From Candidatus Hadarchaeota archaeon (lineage in GTDB: Archaea > Hadarchaeota > Hadarchaeia > Hadarchaeales > Hadarchaeaceae), in the NCBI GenBank assembly GCA_040755315.1, contig JBFMBF010000001.1, positions 29,109 through 93,108 of the forward strand: a stretch of 64,000 nt of DNA. Reading direction: 5' to 3'. Each line of letters starts with the position of its first letter. Positions within the stretch are counted from its first letter, which is position 1. Positions 9,631 through 18,836 of the stretch are shown here, piece after piece. A model generated the notes under the pieces. The model had not been told where the DNA came from, searched no databases, and saw only the letters and a program-made list of their open reading frames with translations. A program made the position numbers and the translations under genes.

Positions 9631-10944
9631 ATGCGAAAAAACATAGGTATCCTAGGCGGGGGCCTTGCTGGCCTGACAGTCGCCAGCCTTTTGAAGCATG
9701 ATTTTGAGGTCCTTGAGAAAAACAGAGATTGCGGAGGACTGTGCAGGAGCTACAAAGAAAAAGGGTTCACTTTCGATTATGGCGGAGGCCACATCATCTT
9801 TTCCCGCGATGAGCCGATTCTGAAGTTCATGCTGGAAAAACTTGGAAAGAACTTCCTGAAGAGGAGAAGGAACACCAGAATTTTTTTTAAGGGGCGGCTA
9901 GTGAAATATCCTTTTGAGAATGGGCTTTCGGAATTGCCGCCAAAAGACAACTACGATTGCCTTTACGAGTTCCTGAAGACATGGCTCAAGCAGAATCGAG
10001 AGGGATTGCCCGAGCCCAGGAACTTTCAGGAGTGGATGTACAACACCTTCGGGAAAGGAATAACTGAAAAATATCTGCTACCCTACAACCGCAAGGTATG
10101 GAACTTTGAGCCAAGGCTGATGGGCGTCGATTGGGTGAAGGGGCGCGTCCCTCAGCCGCCGCCAGAGGACATCGTGAAATCTTCTCTTGGGCTGACCACT
10201 GAAGGTTACACCCATCAGCTGTTCTTCTATTACCCCAAATTAGGCGGGATTCAGGCCCTGATCGACTCGATTGAAAGTCAAGTGAAGAATAGGGTAACAG
10301 TTGGTTTTGACGTCAAGAGGGTGGAGAAGGACGGGAAAAAATGGGCCGTGTCAGACGGAAACGAAGAGAAAATTTTTGATCTTGTCGTCTCGACGGTGCC
10401 AGTAACAGACTTTTCAAAAATCTACAGAAACACTCCGTCAGAAGTAAGGAGGGCCGCAAGGAGCCTGAAGTACAACTCTCTAATCACGGTGCTGCTTGGC
10501 TATGATGTCCCGAAGATCAACAACATAAATTGGCTCTACTTCCCGGGGGAGAGAGACGGCCTTTTCAACAGGGCCAACTTCACATTCAATCACAGCCCAT
10601 GGGTGGTTCCGAAAGGAAAGAGCTCCGCGATAGTCGAGATAACCTGCCCCCCTGGCGGGAGCTTGTGGAGGGCCAGCGACAAGAAGCTGGCGAACCACGC
10701 AGTCAAGAAGCTGGACGAGCATGGGTTAGCTCCGGCTTCAGAAGTCTGTTTATCCAAAGTCATGAGGACCAAATATGCATATGTGATAAACGACCTGAAC
10801 TACTCAAAAAACGTGAACGTTTGCCGGGACTATTTCAAGGATGAAGGCGTTGTCCTGTGCGGTAGGTTCGCTGAGTTCAAGTATTTGAACATGGACGCCA
10901 CCATAAAAAGTGCCATGGAGACGGCCGCGCAGCTCAATAGATGA
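9631..10944 (+). CDS. FAD-dependent UDP-galactopyranose mutase-like enzyme (Glf family / amine-oxidase-like fold)
   Basis: N-terminal GGGLAGL Rossmann motif, NRDCGG and FDYGGGHIIF resembling UGM motifs, and a C-terminal GRFAEFKYLNMD resembling the UGM C-terminal GRLAEYKY motif. Confidence 0.5.
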   Translation: MRKNIGILGGGLAGLTVASLLKHDFEVLEKNRDCGGLCRSYKEKGFTFDYGGGHIIFSRDEPILKFMLEKLGKNFLKRRRNTRIFFKGRLVKYPFENGLSELPPKDNYDCLYEFLKTWLKQNREGLPEPRNFQEWMYNTFGKGITEKYLLPYNRKVWNFEPRLMGVDWVKGRVPQPPPEDIVKSSLGLTTEGYTHQLFFYYPKLGGIQALIDSIESQVKNRVTVGFDVKRVEKDGKKWAVSDGNEEKIFDLVVSTVPVTDFSKIYRNTPSEVRRAARSLKYNSLITVLLGYDVPKINNINWLYFPGERDGLFNRANFTFNHSPWVVPKGKSSAIVEITCPPGGSLWRASDKKLANHAVKKLDEHGLAPASEVCLSKVMRTKYAYVINDLNYSKNVNVCRDYFKDEGVVLCGRFAEFKYLNMDATIKSAMETAAQLNR

Positions 10945-12037
10945 CTTGGAGGCCGTTGTAGAATTCTTCTAGCTTTGTCGTGCACTTTTCTATTGAGTAG
11001 CTTTCCGCCGTCTTTCTGGCGTTTTTCCTCATCCCCTCAGATGGTTCAAATTTCTGCATTAAGGCAGATAGGCTCCCGATGTTTTCGGGCTTGAAAAGGT
11101 AGCCGTTCTCACCGTTTCTGACTACCTCCGGAATAGCGAGGGCGTTCGCGCCTATGACAGGCGTCCCGCAGGCCATGGCCTCTGCGACCACCAGCCCCTG
11201 CGTCTCGCTTTTGGACGCTATCACGAGGGCATCGGCAGCGGAGCAGTACAGCGGCTTGAGCTTCTCGGGGACAAAGCCCTTGAATGAAACTCTCTTTCGG
11301 AGGTGTTTCTTATCCACGAGTTTTTTCAGCTTCCCTGTCGCAGGCCCCCTGCCCACCAGCAGTAGTTTTCCATCCACTTCAGTCATTGCGCGAATGACAA
11401 GGTCCAGATTTTTCTCGTAGCTCACCCGCCCTAGGCACAAAAATATCCTTTCATCTTCCAGCCCGAGCTTTCTCCTTGCGGTTTTTTTGTCAATCGGGTG
11501 CAGCGCCTTGATGTCTATCCCAGTGGGTATGACCTCTATCGGCTTCTTTATACCGTGTTCTCTCAGCAGCCTTTTCAAGGCCGCGCTCGGTGTTATCAAC
11601 TTTTTGTGCCTTTTGTAAAAGGCCCTGCAGAAACGCCAGGAGACCAGCTTGAGCACCGGCTTCCCAACCCTTGACACGTACTGGTAGTATTCAGAGAGCA
11701 GCGTGTGGAAAGTAGAGACCCGCGGTATTTTCTGGAACTTGGCGACCCTCCAGCCGAAGAATCCCATCGTGAACGGAGAGTGGGTGTGGACTAGGTCAAG
11801 TTTCGGTGCCCTGTCTCTTCCTTGCGGCACGGCTATCTTGAACTCAGGGTACCTGCGGAAGGACACGGCGGGATAGGAGTGCACTTCCATACCTTCCATG
11901 TGCCTCACGTTGGTCTTGGGGCAAAAAACATGGACCTCGTGCCCCCTCTTTTCAAGCTCGGCACCGAAACTGAGCAGGGAGGTTACCACCCCGTTTTTCT
12001 GCGGCAGGAACGTGTCAGTGAAGAATCCTATCCTCAT
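10934..12037 (-). CDS. Glycosyltransferase family 4 (GT-B, retaining)
   Basis: MRIGFFTDTFLPQKNGV N-terminus and an EAMACGTPVI C-terminal GT4 motif. Confidence 0.8.
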   Translation of the reverse strand: MRIGFFTDTFLPQKNGVVTSLLSFGAELEKRGHEVHVFCPKTNVRHMEGMEVHSYPAVSFRRYPEFKIAVPQGRDRAPKLDLVHTHSPFTMGFFGWRVAKFQKIPRVSTFHTLLSEYYQYVSRVGKPVLKLVSWRFCRAFYKRHKKLITPSAALKRLLREHGIKKPIEVIPTGIDIKALHPIDKKTARRKLGLEDERIFLCLGRVSYEKNLDLVIRAMTEVDGKLLLVGRGPATGKLKKLVDKKHLRKRVSFKGFVPEKLKPLYCSAADALVIASKSETQGLVVAEAMACGTPVIGANALAIPEVVRNGENGYLFKPENIGSLSALMQKFEPSEGMRKNARKTAESYSIEKCTTKLEEFYNGLQVIY

Positions 12038-12085
12038 GCTCTCCCTTTAAAATATGCCATACCACGTAAATGTATAAGTGATGTG

Positions 12086-13096
12086 ATGATAGGGATGATT
12101 CTTTGTGGCGGGTTGGGAAAGCGTTTCCGCGCGGTCAGCGAGGACATCCCTAAGGCGCTCTTCGAGATAAAGCCCGGCTACACAATCACGGATCGCCAGC
12201 TCTTCCAGTACAGGAGCGCTGGCGTGGACAAAGTGGTCCTGCTTACGGGCCACATGGGAGACAAGATAAAGGCAGCCCTCGGGAGCGAGCGAATGGGAGT
12301 CAGGTTGGAGTATGTTTGGGAGGAACACCCCATGGGGACCCTTAACGCCATCCGCCTCGGCATGGAAGCGGTGGGCGAGGACGCTTTTGTCAGCAACGGG
12401 GACGTGATGGCAGACCTAAACCTGAAAAAAATGTGGGGTGAATGGAAGAAGTCCGGCCTCAAAGCTTCGATATTCGTGGTGCGGATGAGGAGCCCGTACG
12501 GTATCATAGAACTCGGGGGGAGAAAGATCCAGGCCTTCAGGGAGAAGCCGCTCCTGAGGCACTACATGAACGCCGGTTTTTACTGCATTTCAAAAGATGT
12601 GTTGCCGGTTCTTGAGAAGTTCAAGTTGGGGAACATAGAGACTACTGCATTCCCTGAGCTGGCCGCGAGGGGGCAGTTGACTTATCACAAGGAGGGTGGG
12701 CAGCCCTTTTGGGTCTCTGTGGACACCCCAAAGGAGCTGGAGATGGTCAAGCAGGAGTATTCCAACAGGACGGACAAACCCTGGGGCTACGAGAAAGTCC
12801 TGAAGCTGGATAAAAGCGGCATGGAAAAGATGCTCTACATAATGGAGGGGCACAGGACATCGCTCCACTACCACAAGGTAAGGGATGAGACGCTGACGGT
12901 CATGCAGGGCGCTGGCTGGGTAGAGTTTGAGGATGGGAGGCGGCAGGGCATCAAGAAGGGCTCGGTCGTCCACATAAAGCCCAACACAGTCCACAGCTTC
13001 ATAGCCCGCAGCAACCTGCTATTCAAAGAGGTTTCGACCCCACACCCAGAAGATGTGGTGAGGGTGAAGGACTTTTACAGTTTCAGGTTAGGGTGA
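12086..13096 (+). CDS. Sugar-phosphate nucleotidyltransferase fused to a C-terminal cupin (mannose-1-phosphate guanylyltransferase / mannose-6-phosphate isomerase-like)
   Basis: N-terminal MILCGGLGKRF NTP-transferase motif. The C-terminal KPWGYEKVL...SLHYHK...VHSF segment is typical of cupin type-II PMI domains. Start taken at the internal ATG to avoid overlapping the divergent gene. Confidence 0.7.
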   Translation: MIGMILCGGLGKRFRAVSEDIPKALFEIKPGYTITDRQLFQYRSAGVDKVVLLTGHMGDKIKAALGSERMGVRLEYVWEEHPMGTLNAIRLGMEAVGEDAFVSNGDVMADLNLKKMWGEWKKSGLKASIFVVRMRSPYGIIELGGRKIQAFREKPLLRHYMNAGFYCISKDVLPVLEKFKLGNIETTAFPELAARGQLTYHKEGGQPFWVSVDTPKELEMVKQEYSNRTDKPWGYEKVLKLDKSGMEKMLYIMEGHRTSLHYHKVRDETLTVMQGAGWVEFEDGRRQGIKKGSVVHIKPNTVHSFIARSNLLFKEVSTPHPEDVVRVKDFYSFRLG

Positions 13097-13113
13097 GGCT
13101 GGCGGGGCAAAAG

Positions 13114-13779
13114 ATGGCGAGCAAAAGATCGTCAGTCTGGATTTTCGCGGCAGTGGTAACGGTCGTGGCGCTTGTTTCCGTTGTCTTTTGGACAATAGCA
13201 GCTTCCACGCAGGAGGAGACGTGGGAGAGCTTGGGTTATCCCAGCGCGTTTCTTCTGGGGATCATCGGGGCTTCTTCCGTAGTCGTTCCAATCCCGACGA
13301 CCGTAGTTCTCCTTGCAATCGCGGGGTCCAGGATTTTTGACCCAACGCTTCTTGCGGCGGCGTTCGGCTTGGGGTCGGCGGTGGGGCAGCTAACCAGCTA
13401 TGCCGTAGGTTACGCCGGCGGCATGGTAGTCAGCAAGAAACAGAGGCGCCAGTTGGACGCGATGTTGAAAATTTTTGAGAGGTATGGGATGATCGCTGTT
13501 TTCATCTTCGCGCTGACCCCCCTGCCGGACAGCATTCTATTCATCCCGCTAGGTTTGGTCCACTACAGCTTGTGGAAAGTTTTCGTCGCGGCGGCGGCAG
13601 GGAAAGTCGTGATGTCGCTCATAATCACACATGTTGGTGAGGCGGTCGGGCAGGTTACGGAAAACTGGATTTTTGGAGTGGTCACGGCGGCGCTTCTGGG
13701 CCTGGTAGTCTTTGCCATGTTCAGGATCGACTGGGAAAAGCTGGTCCAAAAATATCTGCCTGAAAAGCGCAAGAAGTGA
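13114..13779 (+). CDS. DedA / VTT-domain (SNARE-associated) family membrane protein
   Basis: Multi-TM protein with a YAVGYAGG...PLPDSILFIPLG VTT-domain pattern. Confidence 0.55.
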   Translation: MASKRSSVWIFAAVVTVVALVSVVFWTIAASTQEETWESLGYPSAFLLGIIGASSVVVPIPTTVVLLAIAGSRIFDPTLLAAAFGLGSAVGQLTSYAVGYAGGMVVSKKQRRQLDAMLKIFERYGMIAVFIFALTPLPDSILFIPLGLVHYSLWKVFVAAAAGKVVMSLIITHVGEAVGQVTENWIFGVVTAALLGLVVFAMFRIDWEKLVQKYLPEKRKK

Positions 13780-13794
13780 AAATTATATCCAGAA

Positions 13795-14877
13795 TTACTT
13801 GAACCTTTTCTCAAGCTCGGCCATCATAGCTTTGTATCCAGGAGCGTATTCGAGCTCCTCCGGGACCAGCGTCGCCGGGTGCACGAACCCCTGCTCGCGC
13901 ATGTACTCGGCTTTTTCAGTGGCCTTGTTCCTGTAGTAGTCCCAGTCAGGCGTGTCGAACGCGTCCGTGTATGCCGTGAACTTCCCCTCGTGCATGCTGA
14001 AGAGTATGCCGCTCACGATTGGTATGCAGAAGTTGGAGGTTGCGGACGGTCTCATCTTCACCGGCATCAGCGGCAGGTGGTGGCTCCCCCTCGTGTTGCC
14101 CGCAACATAGTGGACTGTTTTGAAAACGGAGCATGTCTCTTCAGTCGCCGGGAACTTTTTCTGCATCCTCACTATCGCGGCAGGGTCGTCTTTCCCGACA
14201 TAGGTGCCGGCGATGTTGTGTAGCCTGTCCGTGGTGGCGGCGAGAATAGGCTCATTGTCTTTGTTTCTCACGGCGTCTATGACAAATTGTCCTGGATACA
14301 TCAATGAAGCGGCTATAAGAAAATTGTCTTGGGGTATGTTCAGCGCTGCTTTTTTCCCTGTCATAACGTCCATCACGGTCATAACCAAACCGTTTACCAG
14401 CGATGGGTTTACTATCAGCGCCGTGTTTGCAGAGGGCTCACAGAACAGCCGGTAAAAGGGGAAGTTGAAGGCGCCAGGTTCCGTCTTGTCGGCCGTGAAC
14501 AATGCGAACGCTTCATTTGGCCTTTCCTCAAACTCCATCTCTGCGACGCCCGGCCCCATGCCCTTGACATTGCCAGAAAAGGAATCCTTCAAAATATCTT
14601 GCCCCGCGCCGTACAAACCCTGTTTTTTTGCGACTTCTGTGCCGGCCCTGAAGGCGTCCCAGCAGAGCTTGTGTATTTCAGAATTGTTCACGCCTTTCGT
14701 GTGGCTCAACAGAATGTGTATGTCGTCTCCCGTATATCCCACGTAACTGTCGATGAACAATCCTTTTCCATTCTTTTGAACAAAATTTTTCACTGTTTCA
14801 AGCAATTCATCGCTTGGTCTTGTATGCCCCCCGATGCTCCCAACGTCAGCTTTGATGGCTGTCAGAGTTATTCTCAT
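13795..14877 (-). CDS. fbp: Fructose-1,6-bisphosphate aldolase/phosphatase (class V FBPase)
   Basis: MRITLTAIKADVGSIGGHT N-terminus and overall conservation with the archaeal bifunctional FBP aldolase/phosphatase; about 360 aa. Confidence 0.9.
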   Translation of the reverse strand: MRITLTAIKADVGSIGGHTRPSDELLETVKNFVQKNGKGLFIDSYVGYTGDDIHILLSHTKGVNNSEIHKLCWDAFRAGTEVAKKQGLYGAGQDILKDSFSGNVKGMGPGVAEMEFEERPNEAFALFTADKTEPGAFNFPFYRLFCEPSANTALIVNPSLVNGLVMTVMDVMTGKKAALNIPQDNFLIAASLMYPGQFVIDAVRNKDNEPILAATTDRLHNIAGTYVGKDDPAAIVRMQKKFPATEETCSVFKTVHYVAGNTRGSHHLPLMPVKMRPSATSNFCIPIVSGILFSMHEGKFTAYTDAFDTPDWDYYRNKATEKAEYMREQGFVHPATLVPEELEYAPGYKAMMAELEKRFK

Positions 14878-14919
14878 TCATCCACACATCTGATTGATTT
14901 TGGTGGTTTTTAAACTATG

Positions 14920-14927
14920 CGGTTTTG
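14920..14927. repeat. Left 8-bp target-site duplication (CGGTTTTG) of the IS insertion
   Basis: An identical octamer recurs at 15994..16001, immediately outside the inverted repeats. Confidence 0.55.
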
Positions 14928-15993
14928 GGTTCTGCGCTCTTAAAAGGGTAGCACACCAATAACAGAGTGGCTGGGTTTGGGGGTGGTTATGAAAAACCAA
15001 AGGAGATGAGAGTATGAACCCCAAACAAAACCCAAAATGCCCAGCCTGCGGGGCTGGCTCGTGGAAAATAGGTCTTAGCAAGACCAGCCACCAGCGCTAC
15101 AAGTGCCCGAAGTGCGGCAGGAAGTTCGACGAGCGGGACGGGACGCCGTTCCACCGGCTGCGAAAGCCGGAGAAGGCGCTTCTGGTGGCAACCGTGCTGT
15201 ATACGAACTATCCGCTGTCGAGCTACCAGGTAAAGGAAATCGTCGGGCTGTTCGGGATTGACGTCTCGGCCAGGCAGATTGAGCGATGGCCCGAGCGGTT
15301 CGGGCCGTCCGTGAAGCGCATCTTCAGGAAGTACAAAATCCGGTTCTCCAAGGTCTGGCACGTGGACGAGAAGTTCGTGCCCCACGACCGCGTCCCCTCA
15401 CCGAAGCGCAAGCGCGGCGAAAAGAAGTGGCTCTACCAGATTACCGTTCTGGACTCCAAGAACAACGTCGTGGCGAGCTTTCTCGCCGAGGAGCGCAACA
15501 CAGAGGCCGCCAAGAAGGTCCTGAGGCGGGCGAAGGAGACGGCGGGATTCTCACCGGATTTCATCGTGAGCGACGACTGCCCAATCTACGACAAGGGAGT
15601 CAACGTGCTCGGCAGGCGTACGAAGCACGTCACCGCCCACTTCGAGGGCAAGCTCATGCCGCACGGCAAGGGCGTTGTTCTGCTGAGCAACAACCGCATA
15701 GAGCGCTACAACTCAACGCTCGCCCCGAAGGTCCGCTCCATGCGGGGCGTGAAGAGCGCCGAACGCGGCGACATGTTCTTCCAGGTGTACAACTTCATGC
15801 ACAACTTCTCCCGGAAGGGGAGAATGAAAAGAATTCTCGGGCGGCTCGGCCTCAAGCTGGGCTGGGACGGGCTGACGAAGCTGTTCCACCTGGCGAGGGA
15901 CTTCTGAAAAAGCGCAGGGCGCGTCTGCTGATTGGCAAGTCACAAAGGGAACCGTCAGACACACAAATAATACCCTACGTCAGTCGCGGAACC
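14928..15993 (+). mobile_element. IS6-family-like insertion sequence (about 1066 bp) with imperfect terminal inverted repeats
   Basis: Left end GGTTCTGCG... versus the reverse complement of the right end GGTTCCGCG... (8/9 at the tips, plus an internal AGGGTA match). A single transposase ORF sits inside. The element is flanked by an 8-bp direct repeat. Its GC content (about 62%) is higher than the surrounding sequence. Confidence 0.6.
15014..15907 (+). CDS. DDE transposase, IS6-family-like, with an N-terminal zinc ribbon
   Basis: CPACG...CPKCG zinc finger, then WHVDEKFV...KKWLYQITVLDSKNNVVASF resembling the IS6 DDE core (DETYIK...KWxYLYRAID pattern). Confidence 0.6.
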   Translation: MNPKQNPKCPACGAGSWKIGLSKTSHQRYKCPKCGRKFDERDGTPFHRLRKPEKALLVATVLYTNYPLSSYQVKEIVGLFGIDVSARQIERWPERFGPSVKRIFRKYKIRFSKVWHVDEKFVPHDRVPSPKRKRGEKKWLYQITVLDSKNNVVASFLAEERNTEAAKKVLRRAKETAGFSPDFIVSDDCPIYDKGVNVLGRRTKHVTAHFEGKLMPHGKGVVLLSNNRIERYNSTLAPKVRSMRGVKSAERGDMFFQVYNFMHNFSRKGRMKRILGRLGLKLGWDGLTKLFHLARDF

Positions 15994-16001
15994 CGGTTTT
16001 G
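15994..16001. repeat. Right 8-bp target-site duplication (CGGTTTTG) of the IS insertion
   Basis: Identical to 14920..14927. An 8-bp duplication is the size characteristic of IS6-family elements. Confidence 0.55.
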
Positions 16002-16023
16002 TGCCCGTCTGAGACTTGGAAAC

Positions 16024-16593
16024 CTAAGCAGTTTGGGCGTATGCCAGCGCGAAGGACCCGATTAACCCGATAAGGAAGGACACGGTCACGCACATGATCA
16101 GGTTGGAGAATGGAAGGGCCCCGGCGCCCGGCTTGGTTGGACGGCCCCTCAGGCGGGAGAGGACCTGGTAGGAGCGCTGGGTCCCTAGGTGCGCCGCCCA
16201 AATGGTGAGCGGAAGGTTGACGGTCAGAACCAGCACGATGAAGAAGACTGACCAAAGCTCGGCCCCGGGGATGGAAAGGATGTTCCACCTGCCAATCATG
16301 GCTTCCATGGCCAGCAGGATGGAGCTGTCAGCCACTCCCCTCGCGAAGAAGAAGATGGCCGCGCCGGCGCCGAAGAATATCTGGGAGAGCACGAAAGCCG
16401 CGATGACGGTGACGGGGAAGTAGAGCAGGGGCTGCCACCAACTCATGGCGGAAGGCTGGGGGACCCCCACGGCCTGGCCAAGCTCTGCGAACACAGTTGT
16501 GGTTCCGCCGCCCCACTTGCCGAATACCACGCCGAAGACCCAGCTGCCGATTATCAGGAGCCACATGGAGTAGTGAACGTACTGTTCCCGCAT
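16024..16593 (-). CDS. Polytopic membrane protein, hypothetical (possibly SpoIIM/DUF95-like)
   Basis: About 5 predicted TM helices, high GC (about 60%), and GC3-rich codon usage. No confident family call. Confidence 0.35.
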   Translation of the reverse strand: MREQYVHYSMWLLIIGSWVFGVVFGKWGGGTTTVFAELGQAVGVPQPSAMSWWQPLLYFPVTVIAAFVLSQIFFGAGAAIFFFARGVADSSILLAMEAMIGRWNILSIPGAELWSVFFIVLVLTVNLPLTIWAAHLGTQRSYQVLSRLRGRPTKPGAGALPFSNLIMCVTVSFLIGLIGSFALAYAQTA

Positions 16594-16671
16594 TTCACCA
16601 CGCAGAGTCTTCGCGAGGGTTTAATTGATTTTGGGCAAGGTATTTTTCCGGAGAGCGAGAGTCATTTTTGG

Positions 16672-16748
16672 GCCGCCGTGGCTCAGCCTGGTAGAGCGAC
16701 GGTTTCGTAAACCGTAAGTCGAGGGTTCAAACCCCTCCGGCGGCTCCA
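16672..16748 (+). tRNA. tRNA-Thr (anticodon CGU), CCA encoded
   Basis: Manual cloverleaf: acceptor GCCGCCG/CGGCGGC, D-arm GCTC/GAGC, anticodon stem ACGGT/ACCGT with loop TTCGTAA, T-arm GAGGG-TTCAAAC-CCCTC, discriminator T, and CCA. Confidence 0.85.
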
Positions 16749-16790
16749 CCCATGTTCAAAACATTTAAAAGTGTTTAAAACAATTATAAA

Positions 16791-17033
16791 TTGATGAAAA
16801 GCAAGCTAACCCTCATCCCCATCCGACCCGAAACACGCAAAAGGCTCAAGAGCCTCGGGCGCATGGACGAAACATACGACGATGTTATCAACCGTCTGAT
16901 TGAGAATCGCATCCTCGAACTTGTCCTACCTCGCGAGCCTGCAACAAAGAAGGAACTCGAGAGAGCGGCCAAAAGAGCGGACGCGGAACCTTATGTACCC
17001 CTCGAAGATGTCCTCGAGAGACTTGGGCTTTAA
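16791..17033 (+). CDS. VapB-type antitoxin (PF02697-like)
   Basis: LTLIPIRPETRKRLKSLGRMDETYDDVINRLIE matches the archaeal VapB antitoxin pattern (I.I.DEVYERLKKLK....SFSDVIERLLE). It overlaps the downstream toxin gene. Confidence 0.55.
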   Translation: MMKSKLTLIPIRPETRKRLKSLGRMDETYDDVINRLIENRILELVLPREPATKKELERAAKRADAEPYVPLEDVLERLGL

Positions 17034-17289
17034 AATCAGGCTCTCAAAGCAGGTTGAGAAGTACCTAGAGAACCTGAGAAGCGTCTCTCCGAGAGAGGCC
17101 GAGCGTTGTGCCGGAGTCTTGAGAGAACTCGCGAAAGATCCCTTTACTCCTCGACCAGGCGTGGATATCAAAAAACTACACAGGGTGAGGGGCCTTGATT
17201 ACCGTCTCCGTGGGGGCCGCCACAGGTTTTACTTCGCCGTCATGGAGGAGGAACAAACCGTGCACGTGAAGCTCGCGTACTTCAAATGA
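17008..17289 (+). CDS. RelE/ParE-family type II toxin
   Basis: GFKIRLSKQVEKYLENL N-terminus and a C-terminal KKLHRVRGLDYRLRGGRHRFYFAVMEEEQTVHVKLAYFK segment typical of RelE/ParE toxins. The start overlaps the antitoxin 3' end by about 26 nt. Confidence 0.6.
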   Translation: MSSRDLGFKIRLSKQVEKYLENLRSVSPREAERCAGVLRELAKDPFTPRPGVDIKKLHRVRGLDYRLRGGRHRFYFAVMEEEQTVHVKLAYFK

Positions 17290-17450
17290 CATACAAGCTG
17301 TGTGAATGTAGATTTTGAGGAGTTGGAACTCTTCACCCTCTAGAAACGATGAATCTAAACTATTTTCTGCATCTCAACGGCGGCTCCACAAACGAAAGCG
17401 ACCGTTCCGATAATGTTGCATATCTTTATGAGAGTAACACGCACTAATAT

Positions 17451-18773
17451 GTGACGAAAATGATAAGAAGCAAAGCAGTAGTAATAGGACTTTTTGCGGC
17501 ATCGTTGCTGGCCGTTTTGTCGCTTGCTATTTTCAGTGGTGGAGTGTTGAAACAAGGAAGTCCAGGGGGAAAACCCACACCATCTGGGCCGGAATCTGGA
17601 ACAACTGGGACAAATATCCATTTTGGAGTGGTAGGCGCTTTACCCAGTTTTCCAAATGAGCTGAGAGAAGCGGGGGTTGGGATCGTGAGGGTGGGGATAG
17701 ATTGGAGCGTGACAGAACCGACAAATGATTCGTACAACTGGACACAGCTGGACACCATGGTCCAAAGTGCGGAAAACGCCGGCGTTGAACTTCTTGGTTA
17801 TTTTATTTACGCGCCCCAGTGGGCCAAGAGAAATCCAAGTTCTAACCAAGATATCTGTGAAATTAACAACATGAATGATTTCAGGCAATTTGCCAAAGAT
17901 GTCGCGAAAAGATATGATGGCAGCAATCCGGCGCTTGGAGAAATGAAATACATAGAAATTCTCAACGAAGTTACCTTCCCCAATTTCTATGAGCAAAATC
18001 CGATTGATACATATTCAGATTGGTTGATAAACGGTTATGGAGGAGTTAAGGAAGGAAACCCAAACGCGGTTGTTTTAATCGGGGCATTTTTCGACCCTCT
18101 CGATCATGCGGGGGGCGTCTTGGAAAATGAAAGAGTGTTCATAGACAAAATGTTGCAAGATTACAGCCAATATTACGATATAGTCAACTTCCACAGCTAC
18201 TCCAATTACGACAATGGGATTACAGAAACGGCGCAATACGTAAAAGAGCGCATGGCGCAGTTTGGAGTTAACAAACCGATGTGGATCACAGAAACCAATA
18301 CCATGTTTTCTTATGCAGACCCAGATTGGCAAAATAAGAATGCAAGGGATGTGGTAAAAATGTACGCCCGGGCCTTCGGAGAAAATGTTGAAAAAGTGTT
18401 TTGGTTTACTTTTGTGGGGCTTCCATTGCCCGCAGAGGACTCCGTAAACGGCATCGTGCCAAAAAATGTCACTTTAGGTTGGAATGTGAAGGGATCTGCA
18501 GTATACCACCCCAGACAAGCATATTACACTTATAAGTTAATGACTTCCAAATTGCGCGGATTTGTCTCTTCACAAAAAATTTCGGATAAACAGTACAAAT
18601 TCACTTTCACGGACAACAACCCAGTATATGTCTTGTGGGGCAGTGGGGGTTCATTACCATCGGAAATAACAGGGACAGTTAAAGTCACGGATTATCTGGG
18701 CAACGAACAGACCATAGGCGCTTCTAGTGTCGTCTTGAGTGACAATCCTGTTTTCATTACACAGCTCACGTGA
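17451..18773 (+). CDS. Secreted / membrane-anchored glycoside hydrolase (TIM-barrel clan GH-A, GH5/GH39-like)
   Basis: N-terminal TM/signal anchor and an ILNEV motif for the acid/base Glu. The WITETN motif would hold the nucleophile Glu. AT-rich (about 47% GC) compared with its neighbours. Confidence 0.55.
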   Translation: MTKMIRSKAVVIGLFAASLLAVLSLAIFSGGVLKQGSPGGKPTPSGPESGTTGTNIHFGVVGALPSFPNELREAGVGIVRVGIDWSVTEPTNDSYNWTQLDTMVQSAENAGVELLGYFIYAPQWAKRNPSSNQDICEINNMNDFRQFAKDVAKRYDGSNPALGEMKYIEILNEVTFPNFYEQNPIDTYSDWLINGYGGVKEGNPNAVVLIGAFFDPLDHAGGVLENERVFIDKMLQDYSQYYDIVNFHSYSNYDNGITETAQYVKERMAQFGVNKPMWITETNTMFSYADPDWQNKNARDVVKMYARAFGENVEKVFWFTFVGLPLPAEDSVNGIVPKNVTLGWNVKGSAVYHPRQAYYTYKLMTSKLRGFVSSQKISDKQYKFTFTDNNPVYVLWGSGGSLPSEITGTVKVTDYLGNEQTIGASSVVLSDNPVFITQLT

Positions 18774-18836
18774 TGGCGCCCGCCCGAAATTTTCAAATCA
18801 AGCCCTCCAAAGAAAGTTCCAGGTGAAACCGAAAAC

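Noticed and set aside
15286-16065. 259-aa Arg-rich ORF overlapping the transposase gene in another frame
   Set aside because: An alternate-frame artifact of GC-rich DNA, with highly biased Arg/Ala/Gly/Pro composition. The transposase frame carries the recognisable motifs.
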